A stretch of 63,234 bases of DNA, filler included, from Polymyxa betae A26-41 (taxonomy: Eukaryota; Protista; Endomyxa: Phytomyxea): assembly GCA_003693705.1 (NCBI GenBank). It is 7 parts of 7 records of this genome, joined end to end, with 100 filler letters (N's around TTAATTAATTAA, not from the genome) between each part and the next. Parts side by side here need not be neighbours in the genome. Positions count along the whole stretch, not along the records: positions 10,524 to 18,333 come from RBZT01000736.1; positions 18,434 to 25,683 come from RBZT01000912.1; 5 more parts are not named here. One strand, given 5' to 3'. This document shows positions 11,641 through 24,765 of this stretch, piece by piece; the stretch's first letter is position 1; the number at the start of each line of letters is the position of its first letter. The notes under the pieces are model-generated. The model worked only from the letters and a program-made list of their open reading frames with translations. It did no database searches and was not told the DNA's origin. A program made the translations under genes and the position numbers.

Positions 11641-12439
11641 TGGATTTGGATCAAGAAGAAACGATGCGATCCAGAGAACTGCGTTACGGACAATTGAGTT
11701 TCACAAACTGCGCGACTGTAAAATACTTTCGCGCTATTCAAAAGTAAAAGTGCGTGGCGCAGTTTTGTGCACCTTCCATTTCCTCCCTTACAAATTTCAA
11801 ATGCTGCCAGTCTCATACAAGTTTAAAGAGGGACTGTGAAGTAGGGATTTCGATTACAAAAACAATCTTTCTGTCTCGATGTTGGGGACGCTGAGATCTA
11901 TTGAATTACAGAGGGTTTAGTGAGGTCGAACAATTTTTGGAACAGGAGATGTAATCTCTGTGGCTGCCTATCAACCGTGTAGAATTAAGATGAGTCGCAC
12001 TGTATAAAGAAATAAAAGAATGGCAAGGGGAAATTCATCAAGTGTAGAACCGGTTCTGCGCAAAATACGCTTTAACGCGCAGGTCTACAGTAACGCAAAT
12101 TTGGCTTGCTACCGTTTTCCCCCGCACATAAGAGCATCCGCACCGGTTGCGCGATATCATGCGTGATTGGCAAGTTTGGCGTAAATAGTGCATGCGTGAA
12201 ATTTTGGCGCTTCCCACCTGTGCGCTTTTTCATGCGTTCGTAATCCCGCAGCGCGATTCTTTGCGCTGGATTCAACGCATGGAATCCGGCATGCGTTTAA
12301 TAAATTTTCTGTATTTTGGTATCCAATCGCGCAGGAATTCGCAGCACTGGTGGGGATTGTACCTCCTTGCGTGAAAAACGGTGCGTGTTTGGTGCATGAT
12401 TAGTGATAAATCGCGCACAAAAAACACGCAACCGGTAGT

Positions 12440-15400
12440 CCGGAATCTCGATTATCGCAATCAGACACGGATACTGAGGGAATGCCTGTTCGCGCAGCGC
12501 GCCCAAGAGAACAAGCGGCGTCCGAAGATCAACGCGAACAGTCCCGTTCAGTCGGATGTTAATCATGTGTCTAATGCTCACAGCGTCGAACGACAGAAGT
12601 TTGAGTGTCGAACATGTAGGACGAACGAGCACAAGTTCATGGATTGTGAAAAGGCGAAGAAACGTTCAATCTGTCGTTCTTGTGATGAAAAAGGACACTT
12701 CTTTTGGGATTGTCCAAAACGAAAGGCGTCGGCGGGAGACAAGTCCGACGCCGCTGATTCTGGGTACTCAGTTTGAGGACACGGGGCGGCCGCTACAGCT
12801 GCCCCAAACTCCTGGGATCCAGGGGGCTGTAGTAACAAAGCCGTAACACCGACGTGCTGTTGCGGTGACTGCGCTGGTCGAAGTGACATTCGGCGTGGTC
12901 AAAACGGTGGCGCTGATCGACACAGAAGCCGACACCAGCGTCATTCGTCCAGATCTTGCAATTAGTGCTGGCCCATTAATTCGTCCACGCGCTCCGTATG
13001 ACCGTCCTCTTCAAGGTTTTGCAGGCGACCAACTGGTGGAGACTGCGGGCCGCGCTACGGTGAACTTCTGCATCGGAGAAATGCAGGTCCGTGGAGAATT
13101 CTACCTGTGTGAAACGAATCTTCCCGTCATTATTGGAAGAGATTTACTTGTCCAGTGGGAGGCGAATGTGGATGTTGCGAAAGGAGTTTATTTCGGTCAT
13201 TCCCAGATATTCATTCCCTGGACTGAAAGAGATCATATGGCGGGTCCGATACGACTTAGATTAACGCGATCATTGGAGCTCAGGCCGAACTGTTAGGCGT
13301 TTGTGGACGTCATCGCTGACAATCCGTCTATAGGAGTAATGAAAGTGCGGGCAATGGGCCCGTACCGCGGACATGTGGCTGAAGGAACCTTCGAGTTATC
13401 GGGACAGAACGGCCGACTGATTATCGCGAATCTATCGGAAGAGGTCATCAGAGCGCCTCAGGGGGAGGTGATCGCGGAAGCTGACCATTATGACGTCGTT
13501 GATAGTTTCGAGATTGTGGAGGATTCGTTTACGGCCTTCGATCCGCTGTCGGGAATCGATCATCCCCATCTGAAAGAGGTTCTATCGACTGTCAACGTTG
13601 ACTGGCAGCAGTTACCGCAGGATGTCCGTGGGCGGGTACGACGCTGGCTGGTGAAGAACGCGGACCGTTTCTGTACCCAGCACAACCCGTTGGGCAGAAC
13701 ATCGACCGAAGAGCACGTTATCAACATGATCCCCGACGCTCGACCTGTTTCATGTCCGCCTCGTCGTCGACATCCGGACCTCGAGAACTATGTCAAGGAG
13801 ACAGTCCAAAAACTATTAAAGGAAGGCCATATTCGACCTTCTACTAGTCCGTGGGCCTCGGGGGTGGTATTGACCAAGAAGAAAGATGGGTCATACAGGT
13901 TTGCTATCGATTACCGCAGACTAAACGACCTCACCGTTATGGACGCTCATCCAATTCCTCGTGTTGATGATGCTTTAGCGGCAATGGCCGGAACCCGGTA
14001 TTTCTCCGTATTCGATATGGCATCAGGATATTGGCAGGTTTCTGTGGCTGAAGATGATCGTCCCAAAACTGCGTTCGTTACCCGAGACGGTCTATTTGAG
14101 TGGAACTCCATGCCGTTTGGCCTAAAATGCGCTCCGGCAACATACTGTCGACTCATGAGCAAGGTCCTCAGCGGTCTTAATTACATTGACTGTCTAGTTT
14201 ATATGGATGATGTGGTTGTGTTTTCGGTTGAATTTAACGACCATTTGGAGCGTTTAGATCGCGTATTCTCAAGATTACGACAGCACAACCTCATGGTAAA
14301 CCCGAAGAAAACACACATTTTGAAACAAGAAACGACCTATTTGGGGCATTGCATTGATGCAGACGGGATCCGGCCGGATCGACGACTCATTCATGCGGTT
14401 GAAAACTATCCTGTTCCTGGAGATAAGAAACAGTTGAAGCCGTTTCTCGGGCTCGCTGGGTATTATCACTCCTTCATCAAAGACTTTGCGATAATTGCAA
14501 CACCTCTGACCGACCTGAGCGCGAAAAACGCAGAATGGCAATGGCAAGACCGGCATCAACAGGCTTTTGAAGAGCTTCGTCGACGATTGACGGAGCTCCC
14601 CGTACTGGCCCATCCTGATTTTACGTTACCGTTCATCGTCCAGGCTGATTATTCCAATTCAGGGTTCGGAGCTGTATTAACGCAGCTCATTGAGGACGAC
14701 GAAGAACATCCTGTTGCTTACCTATCTCGGAAATGTCGCGGAAGTGAGCGTCACTATTCGGGACGACGTGGTGAGGCGGTTGCGATTCGACTGGCTCTCC
14801 GACGATGGCGCTGCTACTTAGAAGGACGCCCGTTCATCATTGAGACGGATCATCGGCCTTTGGAATTTTTGCGGAAGGAGACTGACGATGCTCAACTTTG
14901 CAGAATCTGGGAAGAATTAGAGCCGTTTGCTTATACTATCCGCTACCGACCGGGGTCTTCGAATGTTAACGCAGACGCTCTCAGCCGTTGTGAATATGTT
15001 CACGAAGCCGGGAAGCCCAACGTCGATTCCGAAGTGATTGAGATGTTATCAGACGGCGATTTTGAAAGCGATGACGATTATGTGCCGGAGCTGACTGCGT
15101 TAGTGAACAACGTCGGAGCCGAGTCGGAAAATAATGGAGAGAAATTGGGCGAACGGCAGCGTGCGGACCCCACGTTACGAGATATCATCGAAGGGATCCA
15201 AAATGGGGAGGAGGTCAACCTGGCCGGTTTCCAGCTTATCAAAAACAACGTCCTGGTTCGGAACCGTCGCCCACGCTCTAATGGTGACCCCAGGCGTCCA
15301 CAGATCTGCGTACCTGCCGGCGACCGTGATGATTGGATTCGTAGTGTACACGATGATCCTTTTGGAGGTCATTTCGGAGTCAAACGGACACTGTATCGGT

Positions 15401-16783
15401 TACGGCAACAACGCCCACGTGCGAAATTGTCAGACATGTCAGCAGGTGAAGGCCACAGCGTCGGCGACCAACGGAAAGCGGCAAATCTTCGATCCGGATG
15501 CTTCGTGTGAACCTTGGCAGGTTATTCATTTCGACCTTGTAGAAAATATTCCCGCGACGAGTAATGGCTACCGGCATGTGCTTTCCGCTACATGTTGCTT
15601 AACACATTCGACTCGCTTTATTCCATTTAAATCGAAGGGGGCTCGCGAGGCTGCTGATGTTTTGATCCGCGGACTTTTCCTACAGAAGGGCTTCCCTGAT
15701 AAAATTGTTTGTGATCGAGGACTGACCTGGCGCAACCATCTCTGGACGGCACTTGGAGACGCTTTCGAATTTCGAACGGCATTTACAGTTTCATATCGAG
15801 CTGCTGCGAATGGAATGGCTGAGCGACCCCACCGTTACCTGAACGCATTTCTTCGAGCGCTGAATGATGATGATAAGCGCCGATGGGATCGTATGCTACC
15901 ATATTTGGAGTTCGCTTACGGTCAGGGAGTTAATGAGACTACAAAGGAGACGCCGCACTTTCTGGAGTATGGTCGCGACCTTCGTGGACCACCTCGTTAC
16001 AGAGTCCAGACTCCGGCCAGTGGAATGTCCGATGATATTCGGCAATATCTACGCGACCTGAATTCCCGACTAAAGGCGACTTGGGCGATTGCTCGACGTA
16101 ATGCTGCTTCCACGTACAGGACCCAGGCGGATCGGGCGAACATTCGACGAAGGGACCTGGATTTGGAGCCAGGACAACTCGTATGGGTGGCCAGGTCGGC
16201 TGCGGAGCCGGTTGTGGAAGAACGCCAGTCTCGGCGCCTGCTTCCTCCGAACACGGGGCCATGGCGTGTGTTATACCGTCACGAAAACGCCGACGCTACG
16301 TACCGTTGTCGGCTGCTGAGCACAGGTCGGGAATCTTCATTCAACTTGGACCAACTAATTCCGATTCCTGTTCCCGTAACCACGGATTCTGGTGACCTTG
16401 ACGACGTTAGTGACGAAGAAGCCCACTCCGACGGAGAGCAGAGCGGATTCGAATCTTATCACAGTGCCGACTTTGACACATCCGAAGACGATGACGATGA
16501 TAGAGAGCTGTATGTGCCGGAGAGTCCGGTTCATGGAATGTCCACTTCCAGACTAAGGGGGGAGTGAAGCGTATTTGTCGTCTGTTCGGCTTCGCCGTAA
16601 CGCAACTTGTTCATGAATCTCTTTACATTTATGAGTCATGATCGAGGCCCAGCTTCGACGATACATTATCCTGTATTAATTTCATAATAGAATCGGGTTT
16701 AAATCACCGTAATCGATTCTTGCGTTCTTAGTAGAATTCTCGTGCTCGAGCTAAAACCCTAACCCCAGTTCAAGTACGCTACA
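12440..16783 (+). mobile_element. Ty3/Gypsy LTR retrotransposon, 5'-truncated and disabled
   Basis: Two CCHC knuckles (CRTCRTNEHKFMDC, CRSCDEKGHFFWDC), protease (LIDTEAD), RT (YMDD), RNase H (ADYSNSGFGAVL..ETDHRPL), integrase (DRG..NGMAER). In-frame stops at 12844 and 13294 and a frameshift near 15410. Confidence 0.95.
16565..16783 (+). repeat. Probable 3' LTR of the Gypsy element
   Basis: Polypurine tract AAGGGGGGAG directly followed by TGAAGC...GCTACA. No second copy in the window confirms the 3' boundary. Confidence 0.65.
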
Positions 16784-18774
16784 TTTCAGTCTTTGCTCGG
16801 GGTTCTGAACCTTAATATCGATAAAAAAAGAGCAGTACTAACGTTGAAAACTCGATTCATTTTATTAAGCTTCAAAAACCTCGAATGAAGGGACCAGAAT
16901 CCAATCCCTTGAATATTGCGCACACCACGCAGTTTTCGAATAGAAGGCCCATGTGCCTTCTACTCAAAAACAAGGCACTGTGCCTTATGTGCGGGGGAAA
17001 ACGGTAGGGATCGACTTTGTGTGAGTCAAAAAAAGTAGATAACGATTGAAAATTTCTTGGACAATTATGCCGATCTGTAATTCACCTCTCTTCCTCTTCT
17101 AACGGTTCCGTCCAGATATCCTACTGCCAGCAAGTGCCTATCTTGCTCCTAGGCTGGCTTCTGCTCTAGCGATACCAGCTGATCGCATTGTGAGGGCCAC
17201 ATTGGCCACCTCGGTCGGCCCTGAGACCCCAGTTGTTGACAATCGTGTTGCATCCATGTCAAGAACCAACTATAAAAATAAGACAAGAAGAATTTTGGGT
17301 ATCGAACGGGACACGGGCAGAGCATTCCGAGAATGAGGATAGTGCGCGGGCTCCACGGAGTCTCCTCACTCTCCTACATACCCGATCGACTACACTCACT
17401 ACGATGGTCGGGGTGTCTCCATCATCAACAGGTAGTACGAGTTGGGTACTCTCGCAGGAAAATGACACCACAATTATCGATTCATCATACCAAGACATTA
17501 AAATACCGAAGAAGTTCAAGAACGTCGAATTATTGACATTGGGATATACTTCATTCCCATTTGAAGGTGATAACTACACATTGCTAATATAGATCGCTTT
17601 ATGACAACTTTTTGTAGGATGTTTCAGGTATGCAGCCCCAAGCAATATCTGAATCAGTCAGTTTAAAAGGCAAGATGGATGCCAAACTTTCCCCCGCTGA
17701 TGAGGGCTCTCATCAGAATGTTCCTGCCCAAACACAGGGAGCTAGGTACATTTAAAATTGTACAAGAAACAGACAGAAAATCCACAGCTCCTAAAAATTT
17801 GGGCTACTGCGTTGAATCTAGGTCTTCAAATGTTGCAGCTGCAATCTCAGAGCTTGCTGCCGCGCGTTTAGCCAAAAGCAATGTGTCGTCGTGGATGAGG
17901 ATACAATTGTGTAGTGAGGCTGTCTCAAATTGAAGACAACTAGAACAGCTGAGTCAATCGATGNNNNNNNNNNNNNNNNNNNNNNNNNNNNNNNNNNNNN
18001 NNNNNNNNNNNNNNNNNNNNNNNNNNNNNNNNNNNNNNNNNNNNNNNNNNNNNNNNNNNNNNNNNNNNCTGGACGAGACCTTGGGGCCTGAAATCTAATT
18101 CTACTAAATCATAAATTCAATTGTGCTCTCAATTGTAAAGCCTTTGTTCACGTAGGTGACAAACGACACACAATTCTAAGTGATCCCAAGTTTTGCGATA
18201 TGACCAGCATTGTGCATATCGTCGAGAAATGGTTTATGTCACCACCGATCAAATATGTACTACCTGCTTTCTACATATAGCACTTCTACTAAAACGTGAT
18301 AGTCGTTGGTGTTAGTGCTGTAAAATCGTAATGNNNNNNNNNNNNNNNNNNNNNNNNNNNNNNNNNNNNNNNNNNNNTTAATTAATTAANNNNNNNNNNN
18401 NNNNNNNNNNNNNNNNNNNNNNNNNNNNNNNNNACCTATCCGTATTTAAAAACATTTGAGTATTGAATGACTTTAAATCATCGAACGATTCTTTTTGTGT
18501 TATTTCACGAACTTGAAAGTTTGTGTTTGCTGTGGTGATCACAAATGAGAATGTCGTGCAGCTAATTCAGGAATATCTATTTAGTTTGATAAAAGGGCTT
18601 TCGATCTTGTGTGGTGATCAATGAACAATGACTTGTGAGTATTCTAATTATCAGTTATCTCCCTATATAATAATATATTTATATAAAGTATGGCTACTGT
18701 ATATCGCCATTTAGTCCGTCATTTTATATCCAAATTCGAGGGGTCGTCTCATCTCCTTCTTCTCTCAACCTATC

Positions 18775-20405
18775 TTGGCGAGCACCAGTATATCCGAATA
18801 CGTTATGGATTCAGCTTCGACGGATCCATTCCCTCTCTGTATAAACGACACTGAATATTGTAATGCTTTCCTGGTCCAATCAGATGATGATTCAGATCTT
18901 GCACAAGAATTTCGATATATATCACGGTTCACACCAGATACACCATCAAATCTCAAATGGGTAATGTCTCTTCCACTAATCGATTTACTGCACGTTGCTG
19001 CTATTATTGGAGACATTCAGTTTCTGTATTGTATCGAAAAAAAATTTGGCGGCATCTTCTACGTCAGGTCATATGTAACATCTGCTCTAGATAATGGACA
19101 TTTGGATTTTTATATGTATTATATTGAATTATCCAAAGGAACCTGTATCTTTGAGGATGTGATAGGTGATCCTGACCCTCGACCCCAATGGGGTCTATGT
19201 CGGTTTCAGCCTTTGTGTGAACTGATGTCATATCAATACCCTATTTCTGAGAACAATCTTTATATGCTTGTTCGCCACATTTATGAGAATGTAATTTTAT
19301 CATATCCACCACATGAATATATGCTACGATATGCGTGGGCCCTCGAAAATGAGCAGCAATTGGTCTCTTCATGGCCTAACTATCCTAATTTAACTGAAAG
19401 AGAAGAATATTGTATCCTGGACGCTACATTGTGCCGTGATGAAAAATTCAGTCGTATTCGTCAATATCTGGTCGAAGAGAAAGGCTTTCGGTTCGAGGAA
19501 CTCCATGTCAGATTGGTCTGTTTTCGGAAGCGCCTCTATGAATTCGTATTGAGACATTTAAAACCTGAATTGGATCCCGATCTGATTCGATCAGAATATC
19601 CATTGCGACCTATCGACGATTTTAAACTGCTATCTGCAATCTGTTTCTCATTCAAGAAGTATCTTAATTGCATCAGTGACCTATTGAAGAATTGGCGACA
19701 TTCCTGCTGATCGATCCACCGAGTATCTTCTCCCAGCAAGACGTTGATGCCGTCCGACGTCGTCTCCCGCCTCCGTTTAATCGCATTTTTCCAGTTGGAA
19801 AAGTCTATTCTAAGTTTGTTTTAAAGTTCTCCCACGCCTGGTTGAAAGACTGCAATCAAAGCCTCTTGCAGACGCTGCTGCGTCTTGGATTGCGTTTTCC
19901 CTACGATGATTTTCTCCGGCGCGAGAGTTTTTCCGATGTTCGTCTTCAAAGCATCATTCCTCATTTGACATTAGAACCCGTTGACATTATGAGAACTTTG
20001 ATCGACGATGTCCAGTATTCGGATCGGTTGTTTGGCGCGCGAGCCTGTCTCCGGTCTCCATTGGTTCTGCATACAATCCGTTCTTGTCCGATTTCTCTTC
20101 TGTCCGCGATCTGGAAGTCGTTTGATAATCTGAGTGCTCAGTACAAGTCGATACGATTGCTTCGAATGGTTGCAGAGATGCCATTCTTCTCTGAGATTGT
20201 TGACCTTCCTGATGCGAATGGTAATACCCTCTTAAGCGTTTGTTTCAATCTGTGGAAGCGTTGTTCTCCTGCAGACCACCAATTGCATCAGTTCCGTTTC
20301 GATTTTATTCGAGCTCATCTTCCCAATTTCCAGCAACAAATGGCGCAATTGGAGGTCGATTATGAACTTCAAATGCTGAAGCAGGAATCGAGTAATGTTC
20401 AATAA
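18775..20405 (+). pseudogene. Ankyrin-like protein split by one frameshift (~19680)
   Basis: Overlapping 311- and 237-aa ORFs. LLHVAAIIGDIQFL, SALDNGHLD and DLPDANGNTLL resemble degenerate ankyrin repeats. Confidence 0.5.
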
Positions 20406-20431
20406 ACGGAAACTGTCGAATGTCGGTTGGG

Positions 20432-20514
20432 AGTCTTCGGATTCGAATTTACCACCGTCTTCGGACTCGATTAAACAATAGTCTTCGGACTCGAGTAAAC
20501 AATAGTCTTCGGAC
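20432..20514. repeat. ~24-bp tandem repeat (GTCTTCGGA core, 4 copies)
   Basis: AGTCTTCGGACTCGA(T/G)TAAACAAT units. Confidence 0.85.
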
Positions 20515-23292
20515 TAGAAACCAGGACTCAGCATCTCTCAATCCGGGTGTGTTCATAGGCGTCGTACATCTCGTCGAGATTATAAAAAAAAACACAGAGC
20601 TGTCCGGGTCCTGTGCATTACCAGGTTTAGCTTGACGAAAAGCTTCCATCAACTCTTTAAATACATCGGAATTTTTTTTTCGAAAAGCAACTAAAGCCGC
20701 ATGGGCCTGAATAATTCAAGTGAAATGCAAATCGTGGCTGATCCCCAAGTTCTACAGTCACTGTAAGTATAAACGTTTTCGGAACTTGATTATTGTGGGC
20801 GTTCTGGCTCACGCAAGGCCGGCCGCCGACAACGAATATCCTCATGCAGGGCACTCATAACGAAATCTATCCTATCTCGAGATCATCACTGTACGCTGAT
20901 CTCGCCCCTCTTTCTCATCAAGTCGAGGTCGTACTCGCCCCTTTTGAATACGCTGCTGCGCCATGGATTGAAGGGTGGGCGTCACTAAAAAAGTGACCAG
21001 CTAGCCTCAGATACATTCTGTGTAGAGCTATTAACGAGCTGAGAGGTCGGTTTTCCACGTTCATGTAACATTACACAAATGGGTTTTGAAATTGTTGTTC
21101 TTTGTTTTCAAAACAAAAATATGATTGGACCGACCCGAGCCTGTGCGCGACCACATCGTTCATAGTCCAATAAATTATTGTTTCTATAATGCTGCCCTTG
21201 AACTTAGCTTCATCTCGTGACGAGATTCTGGTAGATTCCCGACAGAATTGCGCATTGTTCAGAAACCGATGTTCCACTCATAACAAGCGATCAAATTCAT
21301 CGTATCTGGTCCCTGGAATCCATCTAGTCACGAACATAGCTGTTTTCTGAAATGTGTTGGCTGAACTGTCATTGCATAGAATAATCATGTCCGAATCCGA
21401 TTTCACTTCGCATTCAAAACTTTAAACAAATCATTCTAATAAGACAGAAATTGTGCACTTCCTTCAATTGCCGTCGTAACAATATATTGTGTGATTCTGT
21501 TATTTAACAGGTATAGGAAATGATGTTTGTTTAGGAGAAATATATCTCTGCAAGAGAGAGAATGGAATAAATTGGTTTTGCAGAGAGTCCATATTCGGTA
21601 TCGTTATAGACAGTTTGGAACAGAAATAGAGGGTGGCTGCGCCATCTACAGTCTAGATATCATCATATAATCAGTGCGTGTTATGAAGATCATGGAATGA
21701 TATCATATTAGCTCTCAATTCTTACTGATTTCATGATTCGATTATTTCAGATTTCGTTGAAAATAGGGGAAATTGCGCACTGCGCAGTTTGTTCAAAAGC
21801 CTTGATGGACCTTCTTAATACGTAGTGTGCTTGTCTCGACTCGTCCCTCTCTGCTATCTATCAGATTGGCCATATTGGGGCGCCGGGGCGCCTTGTCGCT
21901 CATTAACAGTATCAACCCAGTCGATTATCGTGATATAATCGCGTTCGTTGGCTTCGTGCTGTTTCAGAACGCTTTGATTCTGGCGATTTTCTGATTCCTG
22001 AAAGAGACCTACTTTCGGATGTTTTCGGGTCATTCCAAACCTGATCGTGATAAGATGAATTCTTCAGCACCAGTGGGTGAAAATGATTGCGAGCAAACCC
22101 TCGAGACGTATTTTAAGTACGTTTGCATCATTATGGGATTTCGGCAGCAAAGTCTTCTCTACCATCCTTCATGCCTTGTTTTGTAAATTTTGTCGCTTTC
22201 CGATCGTTTGTCTGTATTGATTAATTGACATTGTCTGGCTGGTTACAGTCAAGGTCAGATTCGAATCGATCGTGCCCTCGAGCTCGTCAGCCGGACCTCT
22301 CTATGCGATCTAATTGATATTCGATCTCGAACTCTGCAGATCATGAATCCATGGGTCTGGGCCCAGATCTTCTACGATCTGAATCTGCAGGAGATATCTG
22401 AAACCGACAACTTTGACGCCTTTAAAGTTGTTTTCTTCCTGATCGGCTACAATTCGAGGCAGCTGTTTTAATAGCGCTGCTTCGCTCTAATGATAATGCC
22501 AAATATCTTCTAGACCGTGACTTCACTGAAATTATCGAAGGATGGTTCGTATCATTTAGCCTTTATTGAATATTCCATTTGTCAAGAACAGCAAGTTTCG
22601 CTCACTTTCGTTTATCCATTCTAGAACTTTAATTCGATTTTTTCCTTTTTTAATGAAATGGGCTACCTGCTTGATCTACTAAATATGTTCTTTTGTTAGT
22701 CGTGGTCTATTTGTAAGCGGTCCTGGCTATCTCGGGTTTCATGCAATATACGTACTAAACACTAATATAGACGGGGCCGGATTCTTAAGTCATTTCCTTC
22801 CAGACCTCCCATTGATGTTCCCCTCTCTTTCAGACTCCCATTACGTCCTATTCTGCCTTCTGTCTGAGATGTAACGCGCTGTTTCCAACATTGATACGAT
22901 TTTCTTTGAACCATTCCTCTCATTCTTCATCACTTTTCGTCATTCTTAAACTGCTTGTAATCGAGTATTGAACGATTCCACTCATTTTTCATCAATTTTA
23001 ACTGCTTGTAATCAAGTAATTTATGTTGCTTTTGGTATGCTGCCGATCATCAAATTTCAATGCAATCCGAGCTATGGTATAGTGCCTATTTGCAATCATA
23101 AGGTGCGTTTATAGGGATAATATTCAGAGACCGAAAATGGTCGTATTTCACATGTTCCATTTCACCATGAGCATGGCGAACCTGCTGCTTTGTCGCTTTT
23201 GTTTAGTCCGAATGCCTGGAATGGCTCCAGTTATCAGACCTTTCTAAAAGCTCTTCAACATATCACCATGATGTTAGTTTACGCTCGATGCA

Positions 23293-24765
23293 TTGAACAA
23301 TTTCGTAATTTTTCTGAAATGTTTCGCCAGAATGAATTTGGATGTTACGCCGGAGCTGGACGGCGATAAATTGATCTCTGTGGTTATCGAAGAGGCGCTT
23401 CAAGCGTGCTTTCGGTTTCGAGACGTTCCGTCTCAGAGCGTTATGATATCCTTCATGCTGAACTGGATCTTCCGATACATTACAGAATGCGATTGGTATT
23501 CGCCTCTCATCCTCGACGAGTTCCAACTATTCTCCGATGAACAATGATTTAATACGGACACAATCCATGTTCAACCACTTTCATGAGAAACTCGACAAGA
23601 TCGTCCAGGACAATCCCGATCTGTATGAACGATTTCTGCGACTGTGTCCAGAGAAAGTACACAGAGTCGAGGCCGCTTCGAAGACGATCCGAAATCCGCA
23701 CGGATCTATGCAGGTCCGCCGCATCGCTGATGATCATGATTACGAGCTCTTCGAACGCCTGAGTTCGTATTTCGAATAGCGTTTTCCTTGACAATTGATT
23801 TCGTGATTCTGTAGATGATGATGGAGGCAGTACGCCCATATTTCGTGCCCGTTGTCTTCGTGATCCCGCGAAACGACCCGTTGTCCTCAAGATTCAAAAC
23901 TCCGATCGCGAAGGGGCCATCAACGAGGTCGAATTTATGTCCCGATATTGTCACTCCGGACAGATCCGCGGGTTTCCACGTCTTTTGGATTTGTTCGAAT
24001 TCCGGGACACCGTCAATATCGTCACGGAGCTGGTTCCAGGCGCTACTGTTCAGAATACGCCGATACCATCGGATTCGGACGAGGCCGCCCGACAATTGAT
24101 CCTGCTCACGTCCGAGATGCTGGCCGTACTGCACCGCGTTCACCAGCTCGGATACGCGCACGGAGTCCTTCGCGATCTCGACAATTGTCAGTTCGTTCGA
24201 CATTCCGATTTCGTTCGATCTGCATCTTGCTTAGGGTTTAGGGTTTGTTAGCCTCTCGTTCTTTTCGGCGTTTCCTTGTTTCGGTTCTACCGGTATTAGA
24301 GAGAACTCTCGGTCTAATGGACGTTGTGTATCTACAGTCGTACTGGACCCGTCCAGTAACAGATTGGTGTTACTGTATTTCGGTTACACCCAGCAGATGT
24401 CAGGCGGCTGCCACTTCGATATCGTATATCTGTATGCCCGTCTAATGGATCGTCTAAGTGAGACCAATGTCCGTCTGGGTCTATCATGGTATCAACATGG
24501 AACGGGGCTGCTGGCCCAATATCATGCGGCGCTGTTTGCGTGGCCGTACTGGACCTGGCACTGCGATCATCTGCGCAGCAGCCCTGTACTCGATCTAGTT
24601 CGCGATGGATCTCCAATTACGGATCAATATCACGATTATCCGACTATGTGCGAGATTACACCTGCGGCGTCCAGTATGATCGACGTACCTTCGTCTACGG
24701 AATCGGTCACTCCGAACCTGACCCAGGGTCATGACCGAGCTGGACATCTCGCTCGTGAATGTTGA
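23293..24765 (+). CDS. Protein-kinase-fold protein (pseudokinase-like, possibly a pseudogene); introns 23763-23814 and 24187-24337; 5' end unresolved
   Basis: Spliced frame reads YELFERLN..VVLKIQ..AINEVEFM..FPRLLDLFE..NIVTELVPG..VHQLGYAHGVLRDLDNFVLD..LVLLYFG. Frame break near 23540. Confidence 0.7.

Larger units (their letters stand above)
12112..17004. mobile_element. Tc2/pogo-type TIR pair with TA flanks, enclosing the Gypsy element
   Basis: TA|CCGTTTTCCCCCGCACATAAG (12110-12132) is the exact reverse complement of CTTATGTGCGGGGGAAAACGG|TA (16984-17006). Confidence 0.75.

Noticed and set aside
13294-13296. In-frame TAG between protease and RT as programmed readthrough
   Set aside because: The element has other lesions (stop at 12844, DTG replaced by DTE, integrase frameshift), so a nonsense mutation is more parsimonious.
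23706-24203. 165-aa minus-strand ORF
   Set aside because: Shadow of the plus-strand kinase exon.
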